The notes beneath the pieces were generated by a model. That model saw only the letters and a program-made list of their open reading frames with translations. It was not told the DNA's origin and searched no databases. A DNA stretch of 64,000 nucleotides, from NCBI GenBank assembly GCA_965219415.1, contig CBDCNP010000001.1, forward strand, positions 220,251-284,250. The letters are read 5' to 3'. Both the position numbers and the translations under genes were made by a program. Each line of letters opens with the position of its first letter. The first letter of the stretch is position 1. Shown here one piece after another: positions 52,413 through 63,770 of the stretch. This DNA is from Candidatus Marinacidobacterales bacterium. Lineage in GTDB: Bacteria; Acidobacteriota; Vicinamibacteria; Marinacidobacterales; DATDRI01.

Positions 52413-54824
52413 ATGAGCTCCCGGAAGAGAAAGAAACCGCCTCCGTCTGCAGCCGCTAGTGCGCAGAGACGCTGGCCGACCCGGACCCGAATTCTAAAGG
52501 CAGTAGCAGCGGCCGGCGTTTCCGGTCTGATCCTGTGGAGTGTGATGCACGATTGGAATGCCCCCAGTTGGGTGCATTCGTTGCCCCGGGATTTGTCACC
52601 AGACCAGCTAAACCTACTAATCGTAACGTTGGACACCACACGCGCGGACAGGATCGGAACTTATGGATACCGCGCCGATACGACACCCCACCTCGATCGT
52701 CTGGCATCGGAAGGCGTCGTGTTCGAGAATGCCATGGCGGTTGTGCCCCTGACGCTCCCGGCTCACTGCACCATTTTCACGGGCCAACCGCCTCCTGCCC
52801 ATGGCGTTCGGGACAATGGTGGTTTCTTCCTGGACGACAAGGCACTGACGCTGGCCGAGGTGTTGGAGGCACAGGGCTACGCTACCGGAGCCTTCGTCGC
52901 CGCCTACGTCTTGGATTCCAAGTGGGGACTCGACCAAGGATTCGGCGAGTATTACGACGAATTCAAACTCGGCGAGAACCGCGTTCGATCTCTCGGCGAT
53001 ATCGCTCGCCCCGCGGACGAGGTCATCGATCAAGCGCTGCCTTGGCTCGAGGAGCAAGCTAATTCGAAGTTCTTCGCATGGATCCATTTCTATGACCCGC
53101 ACTCTCCGTACGATCCTCCGGAACCCTTCAAAACCCGTTTCGCCAGGCGGCCCTATGCGGGCGAGGTCGCGTTTGCCGACTCGCAACTCGGGCGCGTCCT
53201 GGAGTGGCTCAATACGAAAGGCCTAGCCAACCGCACGGTAGTGATCGTCATGGGAGATCATGGAGAGAGTCTTGGCGAGCATGGCGAGGCAACCCACGCG
53301 TTCTTCATCTACGAGGGGGCGCTGAGGATTCCGCTGGTCATCAAGACCCCTTACACCGAGATGGCGGGAAGGCGGATCCGCCGTCTCGCCCGGCAGAAGG
53401 ACATATTTCCAACCGTCCTCGACCTTTTGGGGATCCAAGTCCCGGACGGGCTAAACGGCAGTTCGTTCGGGACGAGCTTAGCCGGGCTTATGGCGGGGGC
53501 CGGGGAGGAGGAGGGAAACCGGGAGGGCTACGCGGAATCTTTTTACCCGCGGTATCACTTCGGCTGGAGCGAGCTTCGGGCGTTGCGGATGGGATCTCTG
53601 AAATACATCGAAGCGCCTCGACCCGAGCTCTACGATCTTAGCCAGGATCCTCTGGAGCTAGACAATCTAGCCGCTGCCCGGCTTTCGCTCCTGACCGAGA
53701 TGGGCGACCGCCTCGCCGACATCGAAGAGTCGATGGAACGGCCGGACGCCGATTCGGCCGTTCACCAGGAAATAGACGCCGATACGAGGGCACGATTGGC
53801 GTCGCTGGGATACATCGGCACGTTTGCCGAACCGAAGAACGACCTGGAGGACTTGGCGGATCCCAAGGAGAGAATTCATCTATTCAATAAGCTCTCCGAC
53901 GCGAGGGAAAGGCTCTCTGCGGATCCACCCGATGCCGAGGCGGCGATAGCACTGCTCCACCAGATCATCGAAGAGGACCCGACGGTGATCGACGCTTGGA
54001 CAACGCTCGGACGAGCACACTTGCGACAAGAACAACCGGAACGAGCAGTAGAGGACTTCAGGCAGGCGCTGAAACTGAAACCAGACTACGACGTGGCAGT
54101 GATAGAGCTCGCCAACGCGTATTTCGCGCTCGGCCGGAGCGAGGAAGCGCTGGCTGCGTACATGGCTTACCTCGGAACGAATCCCAAGGACGCCGGTGTC
54201 CATTTTCTCGTGGGGCAGTTAAATCTAGACCTCGAAAACCTGGACCAAGCGGCCGCGGCTTTCGAAAGGGCGCTTGAATTTGGTCCCGAGCTGGCGACGG
54301 CGCAGGTCGGCCTGGGGGTCATAGCTTACGAGCGCGGTGATCTCGAGGAGGCACAGCAGGCCTTCGAAGCGGCGTTGGGCACCGAGAAAGACGTCGCCCT
54401 AGCTCATCACAATCTCGCAAAGATTTGGGAGGATCGGGGTGTCTTCCAGCGCGCCCTTGCGGAGTACCGCCGGGAGATCGAGCTCCATCCGGCGAGCCAC
54501 CTCACGCACTTTCAGTTGGGCCAACTCCTGGATAACTTGGGGCAGCGCGACGATGCCACTTTTCATTATCGGGAGGCAGTCGATGCGAGCCCGGATTTTG
54601 GCGAAGGGTATCTCTTGTTGGCCAAGGCCGCTCTCGACTCCGGCGATGTCCAGCAGACGATATCACTCGCCAAGAAGGGTCTGAGTCTTTCACCTCGCTC
54701 CGACTTTTCGGCTCTCGGCCACTTCCTCCTCGCCGATGCATACAGTCGTCTCGGACGACCCGAGGAGGCGGCTCGCGAAGCCACCCTCGGCCGCGAGCTG
54801 GAGGCGATGCTCCAGTCGCATTGA
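52413..54824 (+). CDS. Sulfatase-like protein with C-terminal TPRs
   Basis: VTLDTTRAD, TLPAH, DPHSPY, GDHGE, LGYI followed by TPRs. Confidence 0.9.
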   Translation: MSSRKRKKPPPSAAASAQRRWPTRTRILKAVAAAGVSGLILWSVMHDWNAPSWVHSLPRDLSPDQLNLLIVTLDTTRADRIGTYGYRADTTPHLDRLASEGVVFENAMAVVPLTLPAHCTIFTGQPPPAHGVRDNGGFFLDDKALTLAEVLEAQGYATGAFVAAYVLDSKWGLDQGFGEYYDEFKLGENRVRSLGDIARPADEVIDQALPWLEEQANSKFFAWIHFYDPHSPYDPPEPFKTRFARRPYAGEVAFADSQLGRVLEWLNTKGLANRTVVIVMGDHGESLGEHGEATHAFFIYEGALRIPLVIKTPYTEMAGRRIRRLARQKDIFPTVLDLLGIQVPDGLNGSSFGTSLAGLMAGAGEEEGNREGYAESFYPRYHFGWSELRALRMGSLKYIEAPRPELYDLSQDPLELDNLAAARLSLLTEMGDRLADIEESMERPDADSAVHQEIDADTRARLASLGYIGTFAEPKNDLEDLADPKERIHLFNKLSDARERLSADPPDAEAAIALLHQIIEEDPTVIDAWTTLGRAHLRQEQPERAVEDFRQALKLKPDYDVAVIELANAYFALGRSEEALAAYMAYLGTNPKDAGVHFLVGQLNLDLENLDQAAAAFERALEFGPELATAQVGLGVIAYERGDLEEAQQAFEAALGTEKDVALAHHNLAKIWEDRGVFQRALAEYRREIELHPASHLTHFQLGQLLDNLGQRDDATFHYREAVDASPDFGEGYLLLAKAALDSGDVQQTISLAKKGLSLSPRSDFSALGHFLLADAYSRLGRPEEAAREATLGRELEAMLQSH

Positions 54825-54827
54825 CTT

Positions 54828-56255
54828 CTACTGCTGATCCCTGGTCTCGTGCGGCGGCCGATTTGCTTCTGGCCGTACACCCCATCCCCAGCGAGCGGCC
54901 CGCGCCCTAGATCTCTTGAGCAACTCGGGATCCAACCGGTGCGGGAATGTTAGCGCCGAGTCGTTGGCCAGCCGCCCGGCAACCATCGCACCTAGCAGCA
55001 GGCCACCCTCCAGGCCAACCGGGGAACACCACCTCAGGTCGTCTTTCGGAGTGTGTCCGGTAGAGGGCCCTAAGCTTCGCCCTATCGACATGGCTGGCAC
55101 TTCCAACGCCGTGAAACTGTTTGCTTCGTAGCCGACCGGGGCCAGGCCCCCCTGCGCCTCCAGACCCGACTTCTCAACGACCTGTTTGAGAAATCGGATG
55201 AACTCATCCGGCCCAAGTGCTCGCCAAGTGTCCACCCCGAGAGTCGAGCCCTGGCTATGAAAACTAATGACCGCGGCTAGCCGGTCGGCCTCGGGGTTCG
55301 CACGAAGGTAAGCCTCGCTCCCCATGAGCCCCGGCTCGTGGCCGCCCCAGGAGGCGAATCGGATGGTTCGTGCCGGCGGAGGAATTTCGGAGAAGGCCCG
55401 CGCCAGCTCCATGAGCACGGCGGTCCCGCCAGCGTCGTCGATGGCGCCGGGGCTCGTGATGGCGGAATCGTGGTGCGCGAATAAGAGAACAATCTCGTCC
55501 GGCTTGGATCGGCCCCTGATGTCAGCGATGACGTTGCGGGACTGGCCCCAGGTGACGTCCGCCTCCACCGCGATCCCGACCCGCCGCGGTCGGCTCTTCA
55601 AGAGCGCCAGTGCTTCCTCATACGTAATCACCACCGATGGCGGCGTCTTCTCTTTGAGCGAACGCTTGTAATTGTAGTAAGCCGTGGTAGCCCCGCCGCC
55701 CCTCGCCGAGTAGAAAATCATCCCCGCGACCTTCTGCGGCAGCAGTCGTTCCGTGAGCCAATAGTCGGGATAGTCGATATAGACGTCCCGCTTGACGAGC
55801 ACGATCTTGCCCGTCAGGTCTTTGCCTTCGAGATGGCGCGGGCTGGCCGTCCCCACATCCACCAGTTCGCCGACGACGCCTTCGACCGGCGTGGTCCCTC
55901 CGAAGGCAACGGCATTGGCCTGGACGGACAGCGGCTCGTCCCCTTCAGTCCAGATTCGGGCTACTTTCGGGTGCCATATCGCTATAGAAAACGGCTGGAT
56001 ACGTACCTCGAGCCCCCACGACTTGAACGCGTTGTGAAGGTACTCGACGGTTCGCTCCTCGGCTGGTGAGCCGGCCGTGCGTTCTCCGATCGCTCCGGCC
56101 AAGTGCACCATGTGCACAAACGCCTTCTCTGCAGAAACCGGGGGAAGCTCCTTCCGTCCCGCGCCACCTTGACCCCCGGCCGCGGGAGCCATTGTTGCAA
56201 GTACGCTCCCGAGAATGGCGCATCGATAAAAGGGAGTACGCTGGTAGAATCCCAT
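54828..56255 (-). CDS. M28-family metallohydrolase with PA domain
   Basis: Signal peptide; HHD, GAIDD, GHE, HTP. Confidence 0.85.
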   Translation of the reverse strand: MGFYQRTPFYRCAILGSVLATMAPAAGGQGGAGRKELPPVSAEKAFVHMVHLAGAIGERTAGSPAEERTVEYLHNAFKSWGLEVRIQPFSIAIWHPKVARIWTEGDEPLSVQANAVAFGGTTPVEGVVGELVDVGTASPRHLEGKDLTGKIVLVKRDVYIDYPDYWLTERLLPQKVAGMIFYSARGGGATTAYYNYKRSLKEKTPPSVVITYEEALALLKSRPRRVGIAVEADVTWGQSRNVIADIRGRSKPDEIVLLFAHHDSAITSPGAIDDAGGTAVLMELARAFSEIPPPARTIRFASWGGHEPGLMGSEAYLRANPEADRLAAVISFHSQGSTLGVDTWRALGPDEFIRFLKQVVEKSGLEAQGGLAPVGYEANSFTALEVPAMSIGRSLGPSTGHTPKDDLRWCSPVGLEGGLLLGAMVAGRLANDSALTFPHRLDPELLKRSRARAARWGWGVRPEANRPPHETRDQQ

Positions 56256-56278
56256 CTCATCACCTCTCGACAGTATGA

Positions 56279-56318
56279 GGCCGCGAACTGGAGGCGAAGC
56301 TCCAGTCGCATTGACTTC
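56279..56318 (+). repeat. Duplicate of the 3' end of the sulfatase-TPR gene (54789-54828)
   Basis: ggccgcga(g/a)ctggaggcga(t/a)gctccagtcgcattgacttc present at both sites. Confidence 0.9.
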
Positions 56319-56326
56319 CCTTTCCG

Positions 56327-57737
56327 CTACGGCTGATCTCTAGTCTCGCGCGGCGGCCGATTCGCTTCCGGTCGTATACCCCACCCATAGCGCGCCGCGT
56401 AGTTCCTTACCCGCTCGATCAGGTCACCGGGGAATTGATGCGGGAAAGTCAGCGAGGTATCCCTCGAGATCTTCTCCAGAATCATGGCGCTCATCAGGAG
56501 CCCACCTTGCAGACCCACCGGAGAAGTCCACTTCAGATTGTCTTTCGGCGTGTGACGACCAATACGGCTCAGCCCTTTGTCGAAATTCACGGTAGGCACT
56601 TCGAGCGCCGCGAAGTTCGTGTCGTCCGAATAGTACGTGCCCACCGCCCACTCTGGCTCGAGGTCTGAGTCGTCCGTCACCGCCTTGACGAAGCGAATCC
56701 ACTCGTCGGGCCCGGCGGCTACCCAAGAATCGGTACCTAGAGTCGTTCCGTGACCGGCATCGAAATTAATGACCGCGACAATGTTCTCCACTTGCTCCCG
56801 ATGGGCGCGAAGATAGGCTTCACTTCCGTGAAGGCCGGTCTCGTGGCCGCCCAAAGCGATGAACCGAAGCGTCCGCGCCGGGGCCGAGGCTTCCGCAAAC
56901 GCCCGCGCCAACTCCATGACGAGAGCGACGCCGCCAGTATTGTCGGTGGCTCCCGGGCTGGTGTAAGCCGTGTCGTAGTGCGCTGTGATTAACATTAACT
57001 CTTCCGGCTTGGCATGACCCTTCAGGTCGGCGATGACGTTCCGTGACTGACCCCAGCCGACTTCCGCATCCACTACTATCCCCACGCGGCTCGGGTTGTT
57101 CCTCAGCAACTCCACGGCGTCTTCGTACGTGATGACAACAGAGGGGGGCGTCTTCTCTTCGAGCGCTCGCTTGTAGTTGTAATACGCCGTCGGCTTGCCG
57201 CCGGCGGGCCGTGAGAAAAAGATCAACCCCGCCACGCCTCGCGGCACCACGCAGTCGGTCAGCCAATAGTCGGGGTACTCGATGTAGACGTCTCGCTTCA
57301 CGAGCCCGATTCTTGCCGCGAGGTCTCTGTCCGCGAGTTGCGCTTCGTTCGCCGTCCCTAGATCCACCAGCTCCCCGATGACACCTTCGGGTGGGGTGGT
57401 TCCGCCAAACACGACCGATTTGGCGGACAGGTACAGGGGCTTTTCTCCCTCGGTCCAAATGTGCGCGGACCGAGCGCGACAGACGGGTTGGCGAAACGTC
57501 TGCAGCCGGGCATCGAGACCCCAGGACTCGAACTTCCCCAGGATATACAGCGCGGCACGCTCTTCTGCCTCGGAGCCCGCCGTCCTCTCCCCGATGACGC
57601 CCGATAGATAGACCACGTGCTCGTACGCAGTCTCGGCCGACGTGGCAGGGAGCTCGCCCGCGTTCGCGTTGATCCCAAGAGCAGGTATCAAACAGGGTAA
57701 CGAGGGTGCACCCTTGGAGCCTAAGGTGTCTTACCAT
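56327..57737 (-). CDS. M28-family metallohydrolase with PA domain (frameshift in signal peptide near 57690)
   Basis: HYD, GATDN, GHE, NFD, HTP. Confidence 0.85.
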
Positions 57738-57828
57738 CCGGTAGATCGACAAAATCGGATCGTCTTCGTTTTGGGAACGCCCTTGATAACTCTCCGTTCG
57801 AACCTTAGTGTTTTGTGGGATGGTCCTG

Positions 57829-60597
57829 TTATCGGTCTGTTCCCGGTGGGGGCTCATTGGCTTCGGGCCTGATTCCCCAACCCCAGCGAGCCGCAATATC
57901 CCTCACACTCTGCAGTAGATCGGCTGGAAAGGGCTGGGAAAAGGAGAGCGACGGATCGTTGGCGAGCCGGGACACCAAGAGACCACCGAGCAGGAGTGGG
58001 TCCTCGAGTCCAACCGGCGAGCACCATTTCAGATTGTCCTCGGGGGAGTGGTTGGCGCCGACGCTGTGCCGGTTCCCAAAGCTCACGCCTGGGATCTCCA
58101 GCGCAGAGAAATTGGTCGCGTCGTTCCCACCGCCGCCCCGGCGCCACTCTGGCTCCAGGCCCACGTCATCGCCGAGCTTGCGGATGAATTGGATCCACTC
58201 CTCGGGTCCCGCCGCGGACCACGCTGGCGTGCTGAGGGTTGCTCCGAGTCCGCCGTCGAAGTTGACTACCGCCACGACCTTGTCGATCTCTTCGGGATGC
58301 GCTCGCAGGTAGGCTTCGCTGCCCATCAGCCCCGGCTCGTGCCCACCCCACCCAATGAACCTGAGCGTTCGCGCCGGCTGCGGAAGCCGTGAGAACGCCC
58401 TCGCCAACTCCATAACGATGGCGACTCCGCCTCCGTCGTCGTTCGCCCCCGGGGTGTTGATGGATGTATCGTTGTGCGCGCCCACTAGGATGACCTCATC
58501 AGGATGGGAGGAGCCACGGATCTCTCCGATAATGTTTCGCGATTCCCCTTCGGCGACGTCGGCCTCCACCACCATTCCGACTTCCGCGACCCCGCTCTTA
58601 AGTAGGTGGACCGCATCTTCATAGGTCACGACGACGGCCGGTGGCGTATCTTCTTTGAGGGATCTCTTGAAGTTGTAGTAGACCATGGGGGGACCGCCGT
58701 GCCTTCCGGAGCGAGAAAAGAAGATCATGCCCGCTACTCCACGAGGAATGAGGCGCTCGGTGAGCCAATAGTCGGGATAGTCGATGTAAACGTCCCGCTT
58801 GACGAGGACGATCTTTCCGTCGAGGTCCTTTCCCTCGAGGTGACGGGGGCTCGCGGTGCCGATATCGACGAGCTCGCCGGTGATGCCTTCCGGTGGGGTG
58901 GTCCCGCCATAGCCGGCGGCCATGCTCGGGAAGTAGAGAGGCTCCGCCCCTTTGGTCCAAACGTGAGACGAGCGGGGCTTCCATATTGGCAGCGGAAAGG
59001 TTTCGATCTTCGAGTCCAAGCCCCACGCCGAAAACTGCGCGTGAATGTAATCGGCTGCACGTTTTTCGCCCTCCGAGCCAACCGGCCGTTCGCCAATTGC
59101 TCCCACCAGGTGAACGAGGTAGTCGAAGGCCCTCTCCGGCGAGGCTGGCGGCAGCCCGGTCAAGGGGGCTAGTGGCTCATCCTTCAGATCGGCTGGTGGT
59201 GGCGCGTTTGCCTCGGGACGCACGCCCCAACCCCACCGAGCAGCATAATCGCGAATATCTTGCAGCAAGTCTGGAGGGAACTCCTGTTTGAAGGCGACCG
59301 TCGGGTCCTTTGCCAAACCACCAATCAGCAGAGTAGCGAAGTGGAGCGGATCTTCGAAACCGACTGGCGCGGACCATTTCAAGTTGTCTTCCGGTGTATG
59401 ACTCGCTCCTGCACCATGAGACAGCCCCACACTGACCGCGGGCACCTTCAAGGCTGCGAAATTCACCGAGTCGAAGCCGAGAGCGGCGAGACCGCCATCC
59501 GGCTCGAGGCCCGATTCGTCGCCGACGCGACGTAGGAACTCGATCCATTCGTCAGGCCCCGCGCCGAACCAAGTCAAGGTGCCGAGCGTCGATCCGACGC
59601 CGTCAAAGTTGATCATGGCCACGACGTTTTCGTCCGCGTGCGCGCGAAGATAGGCTTCGCTGCCCATCAGACCTAGCTCGTGCCCGCCCCATCCAATGAA
59701 ACGAAGCGTCCTGGCAGGCCGGGGCGAACGGGAAAAGGCTCGTGCCAGCTCCATGATCAACGCTGTCCCACCACCATCATCCGCAGCGCCCGGGCTGTTG
59801 ATCGAGGTGTCGTTGTGCGCGGTGATGACGATCAGCTCGTCGGGATGAGAAGCTCCTCGAATGTCACCAATGACGTTCCGGGAAGTCCCTTCAGCCACCT
59901 CGGCCTCGGCGACGATGGTGACCCTCTTAGGACGGCTTTTGACCAGCCGCACCGCATCCTCGTACGTAATCACCGCGGCGGGCGGCGTGTCTTCCTTTAG
60001 AGAGCGCTTATAGTTGAAATAAGTCATGGGCGGGCCGCCGTGTCGTCCGGAGCGGGAGGAGAAGATCATCCCCGCCACTCCGCGGGGGATGAGTCGCTCG
60101 GTGAGCCAGTAGTCGGGATAGTCGATATAGACATCCCGCTTGACAAGGACGATCTTACCCGCCAGATTCTTCCCGGCAAGGTGGCGTGGGCTGGCATCGC
60201 CAACATCCACGAACTCGCCACTAACGCCTTCCGCAGCCGTCGTTCCGCTGAACCCGATCGTCATGCTCGCTAGGTATAGCGGATCCTCGCCCTCGCTCCA
60301 TACGCGGGACGACTTGGGTTCCCACTTGGGTAGCGGAAAAGACTCAATCCGGGAATCCAATCCCCACTCGGTGAACGATCGGTGGATGTACTCCGCCGCT
60401 CGTTCCTCACCGGGTGACCCCGCCGAGCGTTCTCCGATCTCACCGGAGAGGTGCAACAAATAGCTAAACGCTCGCTCGGCCGAGGGAGTCGCCTCCTCGG
60501 AGGCTCTCAAGCCGACGGAGCATAGCCAAAGCGTAAGAAGGAAGACTGCCACCACCAATACGCGATCTTGGCAGATGGTCTTCGCGCGGGCCCTCAT
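57829..60597 (-). CDS. Tandem double PA-M28 metallohydrolase
   Basis: GGAGG RBS, signal peptide; two complete modules, each with HND, GAxDD, GHE, NFD, H. Confidence 0.87.
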   Translation of the reverse strand: MRARAKTICQDRVLVVAVFLLTLWLCSVGLRASEEATPSAERAFSYLLHLSGEIGERSAGSPGEERAAEYIHRSFTEWGLDSRIESFPLPKWEPKSSRVWSEGEDPLYLASMTIGFSGTTAAEGVSGEFVDVGDASPRHLAGKNLAGKIVLVKRDVYIDYPDYWLTERLIPRGVAGMIFSSRSGRHGGPPMTYFNYKRSLKEDTPPAAVITYEDAVRLVKSRPKRVTIVAEAEVAEGTSRNVIGDIRGASHPDELIVITAHNDTSINSPGAADDGGGTALIMELARAFSRSPRPARTLRFIGWGGHELGLMGSEAYLRAHADENVVAMINFDGVGSTLGTLTWFGAGPDEWIEFLRRVGDESGLEPDGGLAALGFDSVNFAALKVPAVSVGLSHGAGASHTPEDNLKWSAPVGFEDPLHFATLLIGGLAKDPTVAFKQEFPPDLLQDIRDYAARWGWGVRPEANAPPPADLKDEPLAPLTGLPPASPERAFDYLVHLVGAIGERPVGSEGEKRAADYIHAQFSAWGLDSKIETFPLPIWKPRSSHVWTKGAEPLYFPSMAAGYGGTTPPEGITGELVDIGTASPRHLEGKDLDGKIVLVKRDVYIDYPDYWLTERLIPRGVAGMIFFSRSGRHGGPPMVYYNFKRSLKEDTPPAVVVTYEDAVHLLKSGVAEVGMVVEADVAEGESRNIIGEIRGSSHPDEVILVGAHNDTSINTPGANDDGGGVAIVMELARAFSRLPQPARTLRFIGWGGHEPGLMGSEAYLRAHPEEIDKVVAVVNFDGGLGATLSTPAWSAAGPEEWIQFIRKLGDDVGLEPEWRRGGGGNDATNFSALEIPGVSFGNRHSVGANHSPEDNLKWCSPVGLEDPLLLGGLLVSRLANDPSLSFSQPFPADLLQSVRDIAARWGWGIRPEANEPPPGTDR

Positions 60598-60690
60598 TGC
60601 GACACCTCCCGTCGGCACACCACGAAAGCGGTCGGTGCACCTCAAAAAAAGAGAATCTGTGGTATGCACCGCATAACAACGGTCGTGGCG

Positions 60691-60720
60691 TCTATACCTT
60701 TGTTTAGGCGGGGATGTCAA
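60691..60720 (-). promoter_or_regulatory. Sigma70-like promoter for the M28 cluster
   Basis: TTGACA-18 nt-TATAGA on the minus strand. Confidence 0.5.
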
Positions 60721-60968
60721 GGGAACTCCGGGTGTTCGGGGCGCGGGGGCCACTCCGCAAACCAGACCGCCGGCCTAATCCGTTAACCTAAAACACAAAA
60801 CGGTTTATAGTTTCGCGTCACTACGGAGTCGCGGGCGGACACAGGAGTCTGGACGAGCGTCGAAAAGAAAGGTCTTGACAGAATTTACCGAAGAGTGATA
60901 AACGATGGCCAAATGGCGTTCTGCCTAATAGAACACATCTCAAAGACTGAATCTTAGGGAGGTTTCCG

Positions 60969-63707
60969 ATGCCGTCCAGGTGGCTATCATTGCTGATCGC
61001 TACGTTCCTCCTCGTCTGGGGGAGCTTACCGGCCGACGCACAATCGCTCGTGGGAGCCATCACCGGTACCATAAGGGATCAGACCGGGCTCCCCTTGCCG
61101 GGTGTTATGGTCGAGGTATCGAGCGCGTCCATGATCGGCGGGGCACGTTCCGCCACGACAGACGAACGGGGTGCCTACCACTTTCTCGGCCTTCCCCCCG
61201 GTTCCTTCGTTTTGACCGCGTCTCTCACCGGGTTCAAGAGCTACCGGCAAGAGGGGATTATCGTGACGATGAGTGGAACCGCGACACAGGACCTGGCGAT
61301 GGGCCTTGCGGATGTCGCGGAAACCGTTACCGTCATCGGGGAAACGCCCCTCATAGACGTCGCGAGGGCCAGTCTGTCCAGGGCCTACACAGAAACGGAG
61401 ATAGAGAACCTCCCGTTCTCCCGCAACTCTTGGCTGGACGTCTTCGCCACGTCTCCGGGTATTGCGCTCGAGAGTCCGTTGTCGGGAGCGACTTTTGGCA
61501 TCCAGGGGGCGAGCAATATCATTGCATTCGGCTCGGATCGTTATACGAACACCTTTAGGTTCGATGGCGTGGACGCGAGCGACGTGGACACCGGGGGGGC
61601 GCGTATCCAGCCCATCCCGGGGGTCTTCCAAGAAATCCAGGTGATGTCAGTGGGTGCGTCTGCGGAGTTCGGAGGGTACCTGGGCGCTGCGGTCAACGTG
61701 GTCAGCAAATCGGGGGGGAACGAATTCAGTGGTAACGTCGACTACTTTTTCCAAACTGGCGGGCTCACCGGCGAAAATGCCGGCGAGGGAACAAGCTTCA
61801 CGAGGGACATTTACCACGACGTGAGCGGCACCGTCGGCGGACCCATCTCTAAAGACAAACTTTGGTTCTTCGTGGCCTATCAATACCTCAAGGACTCTTT
61901 CAGCGAGTTTGGTGGAGATCCTGATTTTCCGTCTGCTCTGAGAACGGATCGCGTTTTCGGCAAGATCACCTGGTCCATCAACCAGAATAACCAACTTTGG
62001 TTCTCGTTTCATAACGAGTTCAATGACTTCCCGGACACGCTGACCCCGGACCGGACCCCAGAGACGCTCTCCAAGCGCGAGCGCCACTATCCGACACCGA
62101 GCGTCCAGTGGACTTCCGTCCTGTCCAAGAACACGGTCCTCACCGCAGGGTTCGCCGGCTGGTACATGTACGACGAACAGGTACCACTCAACGGCGATTT
62201 AACCGAATCCGTACACTTCGACGCGGTGACGGGCATTTTCTCGAATGCTCCCGTGTTCTGGTACGAATGGGATCTCAGTCGAACACAAGTAAAGGGCGAC
62301 GTCAGTCACTATGCCGACGATTTCATGGGCTCCCACGATTTGAAGTTCGGTGCCCAATTCAACCGTGGTTACTCAAACGCTCGAGTAGCATTGACCGGGG
62401 GCGGCTACTATTACGACCTCGCCGGGGAAGAGTACTTAGCGTTTTTCCAAAGGCCCCATCATTACGGAGGAGTGAACCGGTCAACCGGCGTGTTCGTAGA
62501 CGACGCCTGGTCCCCCAACGAGCGACTCTCCGTCAACCTCGGCCTGCGCTTGGACCACGAGGTGGCCGACGTTCTTGGCAATCCAGAGCTCGACGATGAT
62601 GCGAACGAGATCGGGTTCATCGAGGGTATCGACCGAGCCGCGGTGTGGACCAACCTTTCTCCCAGAGTGGGTTTGGTCTATCAGCTGACAGCCGATCACA
62701 AGACGGCGCTCAAGGCGAGTTACGGCCGCTACGTGGACAATCTGAAGGTTTCCCACCTGGAGGGTTCGGCGCCGACCATTGCGCCGCTATTCATTAATGG
62801 TTTCAACCCCGACACCGGAGAATACGACATCATTTTCCAGGTTGTCGATCCCGTGTCGAACACAGCTATCAGTCCCGATCTGCGCGCTCCTCGGGCGAAT
62901 GCCTTTTCCGTCGCGTTCGAGCGGGAAATCTTGCCCAACCTGGCGGTGTCGGTGACCGGCGTCTACAAGCGCACCAGCAACATCGTCTCCTTTTGGAACG
63001 ATACAGGTGTCTACGAACCCAGACAATCCGGGACGAAGTTGGCAATACTGATATTCAGGTGTTCAACCAGATCAATCCGATCGATGAGGACCTCTACGTC
63101 GTCACGAATATCGACGAATACAAGCAGAAGTACCGCGGCGTGGTGCTGGAGGTTAAGAAACGCCCGTCAGACAACTGGTATTTGACGTCCTCGCTTACCA
63201 TCTCACGTTCCGACGGGCTCGGTGCCACAAGCCGTACCCGGCAGGGGAACACCGCGCTGCCGGCGCCGACGAGTTCCGCGATCCCAACATGCTGGTCAAC
63301 AACGAAGGACCACTTCAGGGAGACCGAACCTACCTATTCAAGCTGTTCGGCGGATATGAATTTCCTTACGGGATCCGAGCCGCAGTCAACCTCACAGCGC
63401 AAACGGGATTCCGTTTGCACGCACGCTCGTTTTGACACAGGTCAGTCAACCGTCGCTGTCCATACTCACGGCGCCGCGTGGCGGCCTGCGCATGCCGTCC
63501 CAGGCCCTCCTCGACATTCGGCTGGAAAAGGTGTTTAACCTGGGAAGCGATGCGAGGTTCGCGGTCCGAGGAGACTTCTTCAATCTCTTCAATGAGGATG
63601 CCGCATTGGATGTAATCAGTAGCGTTGGGGATTCGGAGAACTTCCTGGTGCCCAGTTCGATCTTCAGGCCGCGGCGCGTGCAGATCGGTCTTCGCCTCGA
63701 GTTCTAG
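60969..63707 (+). CDS. TonB-dependent receptor (Oar-like), frameshifted near 63020, 63260 and 63420
   Basis: Signal peptide, GTIRDQTGLPLPGV, SKSGGNEFSG, GGPISKDKLWFF, SPRVG, C-terminal GLRLEF. Confidence 0.9.
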
Positions 63708-63770
63708 CTGCCCTGCCATATAAGCGGAGCCGTCCAAGGGCCCAGGTGGGCGGCTCCCGGGTGGATATGA

